Assembly (NCBI GenBank): GCA_964016885.1
Contig: OZ024760.1
Coordinates: 20,336,001 to 20,400,000, forward strand
Reading direction: 5' to 3'
DNA: 64,000 nt
From: Eledone cirrhosa
Lineage: Eukaryota
Numbering within the stretch: position 1 is the stretch's first letter; each line of letters starts with the position of its first letter. A program made the translations under genes and the position numbers. Of the stretch, positions 27,361 to 40,102 are shown piece by piece. The notes under the pieces are model-generated. The model ran no database searches, was not told the DNA's origin, and worked only from the letters and a program-made list of their open reading frames with translations.

Positions 27361-29597
27361 GCAAAAGTTTTATTTAAAATTGTTGGGTTACAACGAGTAA
27401 ATATTTTATAACTGATATAAAGCACTCAACAAGTTTTGGAGTAGATATATGATATTAAACAAATGGAAACTATATTTATAAAACCATATTTATTTCATTA
27501 TACATATTTCAGCGATACCATATTAAAAATATGGCATGCCTTCTTCAAATAAAATACAATATATAAGCAGTTTTATAAATAAATTTGACGTACCATAAAA
27601 ATATTGATCAACTTCCATTTTAAAAAAAAATTGGTTTGGTAGTGAAATGTTTGTAAATATTTAGTGTTAAGCATAGTTAGAAAGAAAGACGGAGAGAAGG
27701 AATAAATGTATGTAAAGAAAAACAGAGAGAGATAGAGAGAGATATGGGAGAGAGAAATAGTGAGGAGGTCAAAAATGAGAGGCAGTTGAGGCAACAGATG
27801 AATAATAAATAATAATTCATCATACAAATTGAGAGATTTATGAGGGAGTACTGTAATTATTTATTTATTTATTTATTTAGTTATAGTGTTAAGGAGACGG
27901 AGAGAGATAAAAAATAACTAAAGAGAAAACAGCGATACTTAAATTACATCATGTATAGAGGGAGGAGAAGAAAGCTATATCTAGAGAGAAGGATGACAGA
28001 TTTACAACTTTACGTTATGTCCTATCATTTTGAATTATCAATTCATATGAATTGGGTATTATACTGTAAATATCAATATTCATGAATGAGACATAGATAT
28101 ATAATGTGTGAAAAATAATGACCATATGTTTAGTTTAAAAACTCAGTCCGTAAAGGGATGTAACTGTGCTGCAAAGCATGGCGTCCGACCCTCTACGGAT
28201 ACTGCCAATATTCGATTCTTTTGCAATAATGCAAACCGCTTCTTTAAACCATGTCAGTAGAATGACTCCGTCATTCTAAAAGAAGCTGTAAGAAGCTGTT
28301 GCTCTTGTGTTGGCATATAAACAGAATGGCAAACACTAATGTTTCTGGGTGATTACCCTTTATCAGTACCATAGACTGCTTACCTGCCAACTGCTAGTGA
28401 AAATATGATATTTTCTGAAATATACAGTAACTGATCGAACTGATTTGCATATATATAACTCATCTAACTTATGCTAGCATGGTTAAATAGACGTTAAACA
28501 GTGATGATGTTGATATAGTGGCTGATGGCAACTTTTTTTTCTCTCTTTAAGAGCCTTCACCCTATTTTATAAGCTAATTTATATGGCACCTCCACACATG
28601 AGCACATCATTCTTTATATCAAATAGAATAATTGTTTCTACTTTTGGCACCAGGCCAGCAATTATCCCAGTGCATTACTGGTACTTTATTTTATCGACCC
28701 CGTAAGGATGAAAGGCAAAGTTAACCTCGGCGGGATTTGAACTCAGATCATAAAGGGAGGTAACTTTATGCTTCAAAGCATGGCACCCGACCCTCTACCA
28801 ATACTGCCAATCCACCGTAGAATAATGTACAAATGTCAAGAAAGTTAAGTGTATGAGTCATGATATACACAGACACACACATGAGTGCATGTGTATGGAG
28901 GGAGAATATCAGGTGTAGTGTTGGCGAATTTCGCGAAGCATGGAAGTTTTGAAGGATACAGTGTCCCGACAGCTAACAGCTGATGCAGGTATTTTTTTCC
29001 ATGCTTCAGCAACTCTGAGCATGAAAAAAATGTTTCTGAATGTCAAAGGAGCTGTGTTTAAAGATTAGTTTTCAAATCATTTTGAATTCTTTACACATGT
29101 TTCAAGCGCATTATGGAATCCAGAATTGGGTGGATGGATTGGCAGTATCCAGAAGGGCGGTGGATTGGCAGTATCAGTAGAGGGTCGGACGCCATGCTTT
29201 GACGCAAAGAGTTACGGCCCTTGCCATTCTGAGTTCAAATCCCGCCAAGGTTAACTTTGCCTTTCATCCTTACGGGGTCGATAAAAATAAAGTACCAGTA
29301 ATGCACTGGGTAATTGCTGGCCTTGTGCCTAAAGTAGCAACAATTATGAAATCCAGCATTTATACAAAAAACTGCTGAGTGTTTATAAATTTTCTATTTT
29401 CTATTTTTCCAGAATTGTTCCCTCCATCCAGAAAGATGTCTAGATAGCCTGGTGTTACCATCTCTTTGAAAGAGATGATATAAAAGCAACAATCACAGAA
29501 ACCAAGAGACAGATTGGAATTTTAACTGGGATTATTTATTTTGGGGGTTTTCTTTTAGAGTTTTTTGTTTTTTTTTGTAATGTCCTTCTCAGTTAAC

Positions 29598-29873
29598 ATG
29601 GAAGTTCTTGGGACTATCACAGCATTTATACCAAACTTGTTTCTCAAAACCAGATGGTTTGGCCTTCTTGTGATCAGCTCATTTACTATAATTAGCAGTC
29701 ATTCAGTCATATATGTTCCATTAACGAGGACCGTCACAGTGAACAAGTTACAAGTCTCACCAGAGTACGGTCGATCCCAGAAAGCGCCTTATTTTATGTC
29801 GTCTCGTGACCTTCATGGACAACCTGGACAGGGTTATTACATTGAGTTTAGCATTGGAAAACCTCCACAGAAG
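29598..29873 (+). CDS. BACE1: Beta-secretase (BACE1/2-like aspartic protease), coding exon 1
   Basis: ATG at 29598 (an in-frame ATG also at 29580). Reads MEVLGTITAF...DLHGQPGQGYYIEFSIGKPPQK, matching BACE [22 protein letters not shown]. Donor AAG|gttagt. 276 nt, phase 0. BACE1 versus BACE2 orthology cannot be resolved for an invertebrate gene. Confidence 0.9.
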
Positions 29874-30231
29874 GTTAGTTCATTTCAATCTTCATTAATT
29901 CAAGTGAACACACCTTGGCCAAAAATTGACCCCCCCCCCCCCCCCCCCCCAAAAAAAAACACATTCATTATTTTCGATAAAAGTGAATTGGCAGTATCAG
30001 TAGAGAGTCGGACGCCATGCTTTCCAGCATAGTTACGTCCCTTTACGGTCTGAGTTCAAATCCCGCCGAGGTTAACTTTGCCTTTCATCCTTACGGGGTC
30101 GATAAAATAAAGTACCAGTAATGTATTGGGTAATTGCTGGCCTTGTGCCAAAAGTAGAAACAATTATTTTCGATAAAACAATTAAATTAGTAAAAAAATA
30201 AGAAAAAAAATCACCCTCCCTCCATATTCAT

Positions 30232-30474
30232 TAACCCCTTCATGACCACATTTCTAATGAAATACACTCTATTTTAGTTCATTAAGAATTTTGAGGGATT
30301 TAGTAACATTATCAATTATTTCATTAGTAAGATTGTAACTTAATGTAAAGTTCTTGTATAAAATTTTGTTGGACGATCTTAATTTAAATTGGAAACCTTT
30401 ACAATGCTGGGTGGGAGTGAGGTATTTCATAGAACCAGAGCCGGTTTTAGCTGGGTTGGTAACCAAAGGGTTAA
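30232..30474. mobile_element. Second piggyBac-like MITE family (inverted copy at about 45182-45383)
   Basis: TTAA-CCCC...AAAGGG-TTAA ends; two dispersed similar copies. Confidence 0.6.
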
Positions 30475-31529
30475 ACTGTATAAGAAATTAACATTATCCT
30501 AGTTATAGCCACTTTTCCATGAGTTGGATGGGGATGTTCTGAGACAATGTTTTAGAGCTGGATGCCCTTCCTGAACCCCAACCCTTTTAGTCCCTTCTTA
30601 TGACACACAGGGATACAGTGTATCTGTTCTAAAAAGCCAAATACACACACACAACAACCCTACCATATCTATGATGAAAGATGTCTCAACTCTGACCATC
30701 CTGTCATTGTTTTCAGTATATAGTGTGTCCAGGATTACATTATCAAATGTGTCCTTCCCCTATTTTTTGTTTAATTTTTTTTTAATGATGATAAAAAGTT
30801 ATTTAAACAAGATTTGGCTGCTATTTCTAGTTGTTTGTGGCTCTCTTGCTGCCATTTAGTCCTACATGGTCCAGCTTTGATTAAGCAGAAAATAAAAAAA
30901 CAAAAACAATAATTGTTTCTCCTTTAGGCACAAGGCCAGCAATTATCCCAGTACATTACTGGTACTTTATTTTATCGACCCCGTAAGGATGAAAGGCTAA
31001 GTTAACCTCGGCGGGATTTGAACTCAGACTGCAAAGGGACGTAACTATGCTAGAAAGCATGGCGTCCAACCCTCTACCGATACTGCCAATAATAACAAAA
31101 ACATATTATTGATTAAACAATTAAAAAAGTTAAAAAAATATTTGATTACCCCCCCCCCCCCCCAATCTGTTAACTAAATGGGTTAACGAGGAAAGATTGA
31201 AAAAAAGATTATTGATAAAACAATTAAAAAAGTAAAAACACAATTAATTACACTCCCCACCCTGTCGTAATTAAATCGTATAAGAAAAGAAAAACAATTA
31301 GATTAAAAAAAAATATTGACAAAACGATTTTAAAAAAAAGCAAAAATGAAATCACTTACTGTATACACTTGAATATAAAGTGACCCCTTATTTTATGTCT
31401 AAGAAATACGCCAAAATCCAAACCCGATTATAAGCCGAGACAGGTAATCATGTTTTTAGACTGGTTTCGAAATTCTCTTGAGCATATATTATACTTGGCA
31501 ATAAAATCTTTAGAATAACCCTTTAAATG

Positions 31530-32823
31530 GGTGTGATGATGATGATGATGATGGTGGTGGTCGTGGTGGTGATGTTGGTTGGTGGTAGTGGTGGGTGGTG
31601 GGTGTGATGTTGGTGGTAGTAGTGGTGGGTGTGATGATGATGGTGGTGGTGGTCGTGGTGGTGATGTTGGTTGGTGGTAGTGGTGGGTGGTGGGTGTGAT
31701 GTTGGTGGTAGTAGTGGTGGGTGTGATGATGATGATCGTCGTGGTAGTGGTGGGTGGTGAGTGTGATGTTGGTGGTAGTAGTGGTGGGTGTGATGATGAT
31801 GGTGGTGGTGGTGGTGGTGGTAGTGGTGGGTGTGATGTTGGTAGTAGTGGTGGGTGTGATGATGGTCGTGGTGGTGGTGGTCGTGGTGGTAGTGGTGGGT
31901 GTGATGTTGGTGGTAGTAGTGGTGGGTGTGATGTTAGTAGTAGTGGTGGGTGTGATGATGGTCGTGGTGGTGGTGGTAGTGGTGGGTGGTGGGTGTGATG
32001 TTGGTGGTAGTAGTGGTGGGTGTGATGATGATGGTGGTGGTGGTGGTCGTGGTGGTAGTGGTGGGTGTGATGTTAGTAGTAGTGGTGGGTGTGATGATGG
32101 TCGTGGTGGTGGTGGTCGTGGTGGGTGTGATGTTAGTAGTAGTGGTGGGTGTGATGATGGTCGTGGTGGTGGTGGTCGTGGTGGTAGTGGTGGGTGTGAT
32201 GTTGGTGGTAGTAGTGGTGGGTGTGATGATGATGGTGGTGGTGGTGGTCGTGGTGGTAGTGGTGGGTGTGATGTTAGTAGTAGTGGTGGGTGTGATGATG
32301 GTCGTGGTGGTGGTGGTCGTGGTGGTAGTGGTGGGTGTGATGTTAGTAGTAGTGGTGGGTGTGATGATGGTCGTGGTGGTGGTGGTCGTGGTGGTAGTGG
32401 TGGGTGTGATGTTAGTAGTAGTGGTGGGTGTGATGATGGTCGTGGTGGTAGTGGTGGGTGTGATGTTAGTAGTAGTGGTGGGTGTGATGATGGTCGTGGT
32501 GGTGGTGGTAGTGGTGGGTGTGATGTTGGTGGTAGTAGTGGTGGGTGTGATGATGATGGTCGTGGTGGTGATGTTGGTGGTAGTGGTGGTGGTAGTGGTG
32601 TGTGGTGGGTGTGATGTTGGTGGTAGTAGTGGTGGGTGTGATGATGATGATGGTCGTGGTGGTGATGTTGGTGGTAGTGGTGGGTGGTGGTCGTGGTGGT
32701 AGTGGTGGGTGTGATGTTGGTAGTAGTAGTGGTGGGTGTGATGATGATGATGGTCATGGTGGTGATGTTGGTGGTAGTGGTGGTGGTAGTGGTGGGTGGT
32801 GGGTGTGATGATGATGATGATGA
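31530..32823. repeat. GGT/GAT/AGT triplet-based compound minisatellite directly upstream of BACE exon 2
   Basis: Recurrent ggtagtagtggtgggtgtgatgatg units. Confidence 0.95.
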
Positions 32824-32851
32824 TTATCCCATGCTATTTCTATATTTTCAG

Positions 32852-32940
32852 ATGAACATCTTAATAGACACAGGAAGTAGCAACTTTGCTATAGCGGCCA
32901 CCCCTAATGATCTTATAACTAAATACTTCCATAAAGAAAA
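32852..32940 (+). CDS. BACE1: BACE coding exon 2 (first catalytic Asp, DTGS)
   Basis: ttttcag|ATGAAC...; MNILIDTGSSNFAIAATPNDLITKYFHKE(K); donor AA|gtaagt; 89 nt, phase 2. Confidence 0.97.
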
Positions 32941-32990
32941 GTAAGTCTCCCCCCCCCTCTCTCTCTCTCTCTCTATCTATATCTATCTAT

Positions 32991-33435
32991 CTAAGGCGGG
33001 TAAAATTCCCGAGATCCATGGACTAGTTCTCTCCAGCGGTCTCTGTCCCTCATTATCGCTGCCATGTCCTGCATCTCCAACAGACCAGTGTCTGTCCTTA
33101 GGGCATCAACATATGTTAACCTTGGTCTTCCTCTTCTAGTGTGTCCATGTAGGGGCTCCCAAAGGGGCACTGAGTGCAATGTCAACTCTGGATGTCGGTG
33201 AGCATGTCCAGCCAACCTCAGTCTCCTCTGTGTCACTTTTGAGCTGACTTTTGGGAGGCTCCCATACAGCTCTGAGTTTTTCATCCTCAGTGTATACCTG
33301 AAAATCCGCCTCTTCATTGCTGTAGTGGAGTCTGTGCTGCTGTATCGGTCTGAGACTTGGACACTGACCAAGAGACTCACTCAGATGGTGGATGGGTGCT
33401 ACACGAGAATGCTGAGGATAGCTCTGAACATTAAT
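32991..33435 (-). mobile_element. RTE-like LINE 3' end with inverted 5' segment
   Basis: Minus strand reads MKNSELYG...RRLRLAGHAHRH...RGRPRLTYVD...DRDRWR followed by a (TAGA)n tail. Plus strand 33298-33435 reads LKIRLFIAVVESVLLYRSETWTLTK...TRMLRIALNIN. Confidence 0.88.
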
Positions 33436-33757
33436 CTATCTATATATATATATATATACGTGGGAAAGTGAAAAATCGGAGAATAGACCGTTAAAACATG
33501 TTTATTTAAAATATCACCTACGTACGTTTCGCCCAGTTGGGCTTCTCAAGGGCATAAACAATCACAAGTGTTCCTTATATAGTTCGGAAAGAGTTTTGGG
33601 GGTTAAATCCACATCAAGATTCATTGCTCGCAAAAATATCTTGTTTTGATTTTGCAGCAGGTCAAGGGAGGTAACTTTGGCCGGTGTTAGGGCAGTCCTT
33701 CCCGGATAATATATATATATATATATATAGTTATGTAATAAACAACATAAGATAATT

Positions 33758-33832
33758 ATTTCATTTACCAAAGGTTTCACGAAGACAGACAAGCCTGGCA
33801 TAGACGTCTGCTTTCAATCGTCAGAATGAAAT
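33758..33832 (-). ncRNA. Type I hammerhead ribozyme (candidate, stem II base mispaired)
   Basis: Minus strand ATTTCATT CTGACGA TTG...CGT GAAA CC-TTT-GG TA AATGAAAT. Perfect 8-bp stem I. Same family as the 13514 copy. Confidence 0.65.
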
Positions 33833-34663
33833 TTCATTCTGACGATTGAAAGGGTGATGTGTTGGTGTAATGGTAGCACAGTGGACACGATAACCAAAGA
33901 TGTGGGTTCGACACCCATGTACGTCAATACTCATCTTTTTCCATTTATCTGAGGGTTCTAAACCCCATTATCAGGCTAAAATTCCTTTAGTCAAAAATAC
34001 GGTGAAAGCTATATATTTTCTAATTTCAAACCTGCTCACTGTTTCAAAACATACTTACTTGATATATATATATATTGAATATATATTTGTATATATATAT
34101 GTATATATAAATATATATGGACTCACATTGAACATAAAGTGAGGTCTTTATATATATATATATATATATATATAATTATTTTTCATCCCTACGGGGTCGA
34201 TAAAATAAAGTAGCAGTAATGCACTGGGTAATTGCTGGCCTTGTGCCAAAAGTAGAAACAATTATTATATACATATATATATATATATATATATGACACG
34301 ACCGTGACCTCTGGCGTCACGCAGTAATACAGAAGACCCCCCCCCACCACGGGTACAAGCCGAAGCTGGAGCATATAGACAATATGCCCCCACACCCTCC
34401 CACTGCAAAGTGGTCGTAGAGGTGCCACTGCAAAAAAGCACCCAGCACTCACTGTAAATGAGGTTGGTGTTAGGAAGGGCATCCAGCTGTAGAAATCAAA
34501 CCAGAATCAGTTCCCGTATGAGCAAGACAAGGTCAGCCGGATGGACACTGCCCACAACAGGACAACCCGTCTAAGCCTTGCTAGCGTGGAAGAACGGACG
34601 TAAAACGGTGATGATATATACACGTGTGTATGTATGTATATATATATACATATTATATTATGT

Positions 34664-34698
<35 letters not shown>

Positions 34699-35080
34699 GT
34701 ATGTATGTATATATATATATATATATACATATTATATTATGTTATATATATATATATATACACACATGTATGTATGTATGTATATATATATCTTTAATAC
34801 CCATTCTAATATATATATATATATCAGAATGGAAGTGGTAAAAACCAGTTAGACCATTACTCACCAGAATACTTGATACTTGGGGTAGTAGAGTGGGTAA
34901 TATGAAAAATTTGGGACCCCGACAGGATAGCTCCTGCCGTTTCAACAGTTCGGATCTAGCTGTTGAAATAGCAGGAGCTCAGCCGTCGGGGGTCCCAAAT
35001 TTTTCATATATATATATATATATATATAAAAACTCATTCACTCAGTCACAGAGAAAATGTTCAATTTATTTGTTTTTCAG

Positions 35081-35297
35081 GTCATCAACGTACAAGAGCA
35101 GTTCAAGAGAAGTTGAGGTGTCATATACTCAAGGTTTTTGGAAAGGAACTCTTGCTACAGATCTTGTTACGCTAGCTGATCTTAGTAACCTGACAGTTAC
35201 TGCTAATATAGCTTGCATCACTGAATCAAAGAACTTCTTTATAAATGGTTCAGGCTGGCAGGGAATCTTAGGCCTTGCTTATCCTTCTATTGCACGG
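35081..35297 (+). CDS. BACE1: BACE coding exon 3 (flap YTQG.W.G and GILGLAY)
   Basis: tttttcag|GTCATC...; SSTYKSSSREVEVSYTQGFWKGTLATDLV...FFINGSGWQGILGLAYPSIAR; donor CGG|gtaaat; 217 nt. Confidence 0.97.
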
Positions 35298-35369
35298 GTA
35301 AATACATGTGAAAGTTACTTTTGCTTTGAAACTTTTATTCATTGTTTTATTCTTTTCTATTACAAATAC

Positions 35370-35892
35370 AAATATATAATATTTTACAATATATATATAA
35401 TATTTTACAAATATATATATATAATATTTTACAAATATATATATATATATATAATATTTTACAAATATATATATATATATATATAATATTTTACAAATAT
35501 ATATATATATATATATAATATTTTACAAATATATATATATATATATATAATATTTTACAAATATATATATATATATATATAATATTTTACAAATATATAT
35601 ATAGAAATATAATATTTTACAAATATATATATAGAAATATAATATTTTACAAATATATATATATAATATTTTACAAATATATATATATATATAATATTTT
35701 ACAAATGTATATATATATATATAATATTTTACAAATATATATATATATATATATAATATTTTACAAATGTATATATATATATATATAATATTTTACAAAT
35801 CATCATTTCATCATTTTTGATGAAATGATGATTTGTAAAATATTACATATATATATATATATATTTGTAAAATATATATATATATACATTTG

Positions 35893-35946
<54 letters not shown>

Positions 35947-37135
35947 TATATATATATAATATAATTGTTTCTACTTTTGACACAAAGCCAGCAATTATCC
36001 CAGTGTATTACTGGTGCTTTATTTTATCGACCCCGTAAGGATGAAAGGCAAAGTTAACCTTGGCGGGATTTGAACTCATACCATAAAGGGCCGTAACTCT
36101 TTGCTGCAAAACATGGCGTCCGACCCTCTATTGATACTGCCAATCCAGCGCCATTTTATATATATATATAATATAGTATTTTACAAATACATATATATAT
36201 AGTATTTTACAAATACATATATATATAGTATTTTACAAATACATATATATATAGTATTTTACAAATACATATATATATAGTATTTTACAAATACATATAT
36301 ATATAGTATTTTACAAATACATATATATATAGTATTTTACAAATACATATATATATAGTATTTTACAAATACATATATATATAGTATTTTACAAATACAT
36401 ATATATATATAGTATTTTACAAATGCATATATATATATATATAGTATTTTACAAATGCATATATATATATAGTATTTTACAAATGCATATATATATAGTA
36501 TTTTACAAATGCATATATATATATAGTATTTTACAAATGCATATATATATAGTATTTTACAAATACATATATATATATAGTATTTTACAAATGCATATAT
36601 ATATAGTATTTTACAAATGCATATATATATATATAGTATTTTACAAATGCATATATATATAGTATTTTACAAATGCATATATATATAGTATTTTACAAAT
36701 GCATATATATATAGTATTTTACAAATACATATATATATATATAGTATTTTACAAATGCATATATATATAGTATTTTACAAATACATATATATATAGTATT
36801 TTACAAATACATATATATATAGTATTTTACAAATACATATATATATAGTATTTTACAAATGCATATATATATAGTATTTTACAAATACATATATATATAG
36901 TATTTTGCAAATACATATATATATAGTATTTTACAAATACATATATATATAGTATTTTACAAATACATATATATATAGTATTTTACAAATACATATATAT
37001 ATAGTATTTTACAAATACATATATATATAGTATTTTACAAATGCATATATATATAGTATTTTACAAATACATATATATATATAGTATTTTACAAATACAT
37101 ATATATATAGTATTTTACAAATACATATATATATA
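35370..37135. repeat. tattttacaaat+(TA)n minisatellite (about 26-30 bp units) interrupted by a palindrome and a SINE
   Basis: Direct inspection. Confidence 0.95.
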
Positions 37136-37414
37136 TATATAATATAATTCACAAATGTATGTGTATATATATATAATTTAGTATTTCATATATATGTAAT
37201 ATCCTACAAGTAAATATTACTTCAGTCATGTCAAGGACATGACAAGCTCCCTAGTGTTGGTGATCTACACAATGAGAGCTGTAAAGTGGTTGGTGTTAGG
37301 AAGAGTATCCAGCCATAGAAAGATTGCCAAACAAAGGGTCAGGAGGACCCTTCAGTTGTGTCAGAAGAGACAGCTTCTCCTCTCCACTCGATATGACTAA
37401 ATAAGGCACATGGA

Positions 37415-37740
37415 GGCACATGGCTTAGTGGTTAGAGCATTGGCCTTGCAATCGAAAGGTTGTGAGTTCAATTCTCAGACCGGGTGATGTGTTGTTTCCT
37501 TGAGCAAGACACTTTATTTCACATTGCTCCAGTTTACTCAGCTGTAGAAATGAGATGATAGGGACTGGGGTCCACATCATTCCACTGTAAAGTGGTCGTG
37601 GAGGTGCCACAGCAAAAAATCACCCAGCACTCACTGTAAATGAGGTTGGTGTTAGGAAGGGCATCCAGCTGTAGAAATCAAGCCAGAATCAGTTCCCATC
37701 CCACCCTTGCAAGCAGGGAAAAGTGGACGTGAAATGAATG
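37415..37740 (+). mobile_element. tRNA-derived SINE family B with an AGGAAGGGCATCCAGC domain
   Basis: A box TGGCTTAGTGG, B box GTTCAATTC, CCTTGAGCAAGACACTT core and a microsatellite tail. Minus copies at about 59840-60162, 25510-25760, 52695-52850 and 41310-41575. Partial + copies at about 14950-15160, 21130-21365, 24760-25010, 34400-34610 and 63070-63480. Confidence 0.85.
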
Positions 37741-37899
37741 AATGAATGAATGAATGAATGAAGCAAGATACAGACTCTTCAGCTTGTCTGGGACATCAGT
37801 GGCTCCATTTCAGTTCTGACTTTTTTGTCTATGTAGACCTGTCTAACCCTTGCTTGCAGGAAAAGTGAATGTGAAAGGATGGTGATGATGATATAATAA

Positions 37900-38088
<189 letters not shown>

Positions 38089-38281
38089 TAGTGTGGTGTA
38101 CTTTTGTTGTATGTATGTGTGTGGGTTATGTTGTATGTGTATATATGTGTGTTTGTGTATATGTAGGTTTTGTTTTGTGTGTGTGCATATGCGTGTAGGT
38201 TATGTTGCCTGTGTGTGTATGTTTTGTTTCATGTGTGTGTATGTATGTTATACTAATATCAATATCTATGTACATTGCCAG

Positions 38282-38416
38282 GTTTTGGGCAACATTGATG
38301 AAAGCATGTATCAAGGACCAATGTACTTCACACCAATCCAGAAAGAAAGATATTACGAGGTCCTCATTACAGATTTACAAATTGATGGGGTTAGTCTGGG
38401 TTTAGACTGCAAAGAG
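38282..38416 (+). CDS. BACE1: BACE coding exon 5
   Basis: gccag|GTT; VLGNIDESMYQGPMYFTPIQKERYYEVLITDLQIDGVSLGLDCKE; donor GAG|gtaagt; 135 nt. Confidence 0.96.
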
Positions 38417-39204
38417 GTAAGTTATCAATGTATGTATATATGTATGTGTGTGTATATATTTATACATGTGTGTGTGTGTGTGTGTGTGAGTATATATTTA
38501 TGTATGGTCCTTGAAGGAGTCATAGGATCGCTGTATTGATATACAGCATTTCTAGGTCATTTTCTAATTGAAGAACTATTAGATAAAATATATACAGTAT
38601 TTCCTCTTCCTAGTCCGTATAAATCAATCACATAAAAAAAATCATTTAAACGAGGCTATAAGTTTAACATGTAACTATATAGCTCTGATTAATGATTATT
38701 TGCTTAATTAATTCTTCATTGAGCCACACCATGAAAGGTAGCCAAACTCATATATATATCTGTGACTGTCTAATTATATATATATATATATATATATAAC
38801 AAAGGAAATGTGGTAAGGAACCAGGTGGAACATAACGTACCAAAGTACTCAATACTTAGGGTAGTAGAGTGGGTAATAGGAACGAGTAGGACCCCGACGG
38901 CTGAGCTCAAGCCGTTTCGACGGCTAATTCTAAATATGTCCAGAATTAGCCGTCGAAACGGCTTGAGCTCAGCCGTCGGGGTCCTACTCGTTCCTATATA
39001 TAGGGTAAAGATCTCCTTCAGTCACGAATGACCATAGGATTTGAACCTAGAAAGTTGTTTGTGGAAGACCAGTAGTCACCCCTGCATACCAGTCTCCCCT
39101 CTCCGCGCCACTGATGTTGTCCAAGGGAAAGGCAATGGCTGATACAGCTTGGCACCAGTAACATCACAACTCATTTCTACAGCTGAGTAAACTGGAAAAA
39201 TGAT

Positions 39205-39345
39205 GACCTGATAAAGACCAGAAGTTCTATGAGTGCGGAATCATGAAGTTGCCAGAGAGATGGCAAAAGGTCATTAAACAGAAGGGAAAATATATAATTG
39301 ACTAAAGTTCATTCTTTGTATGACTTTTATTTCACACTAAAAAAC

Positions 39346-39350
<5 letters not shown>
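39205..39350 (+). mobile_element. mariner transposase C-terminal remnant
   Basis: FYECGIMKLPERWQKVIKQKGKYIID*, the canonical mariner C-terminus, followed by the right end abutting (TA)n. Confidence 0.8.
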
Positions 39351-39386
<36 letters not shown>

Positions 39387-39817
39387 TTCAAGAGTAACCA
39401 ATCTTAAAGAGAGAGATGGAGATATGAGAGGAGAGATTGGTGAATTAGTTAGAAGCCAAAGCGTAAAGGCATGTGCTCAATGTGCAATATGCAGTAGAAA
39501 GCAGCTAGGTGGCTGGGTTCATGCAGAAGTTAGAGGCGCAGAGCTGGAAATATTCATTAGTTAAGCAAAACAAGACCACAAATTTCACAAGGAAGACATT
39601 ATTAAAAGATTGTCAACATATTTTAGTTTGATGTAAGGAATGTAGAGAATAATAATGTTACCCATAGGCAGATCTCACACAATGCAGCCTCGACAGATGA
39701 ATACTGCTTGATTATGGCTGACAACTGATGCAACCAAGACACCATAGTGAAATACCAATATATGGAACATTATATTATGTAACATTCTCTCATTATTTTA
39801 ATTTATATTCCTTTGAA

Positions 39818-39937
39818 GTTCCGATGAGCCGCTCTGTTTTTTAAATATGTTAATCATTTTCAACTGAACCAGATCAATTATGATATATAGTCATCTGATC
39901 CAGAAATATTATATGGAGTGGCGAAACAATTGTAAAT
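39818..39937 (+). ncRNA. Hammerhead-like fold with U4C core variant
   Basis: GTT CCGATGA GCCGCTCTGT...ATGGAGTGGC GAAA CAATTG TA AAT. 10-bp stem II and palindromic helix III. Confidence 0.55.
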
Positions 39938-40066
39938 GGACATTATTATTATTAATATTATTATTATTATTCTCTACATTCCTTACATCAAACTAAAATA
40001 TGTTGACAATCTTTTAATAATGTCTTCCTTGTGAAATTTGTGGTCTTGTTTTGCTTAACTAATGAC

Positions 40067-40102
<36 letters not shown>

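Noticed and set aside
25851-27411. 508-aa and 276-aa Tyr/Ile ORFs
   Set aside because: Translations of a (TA)n-type microsatellite that lacks stop codons by composition.
31510-32808. Extensin-like Pro-rich and Gly-rich ORFs
   Set aside because: Triplet-repeat intron sequence upstream of BACE exon 2; only 32852-32940 is coding.
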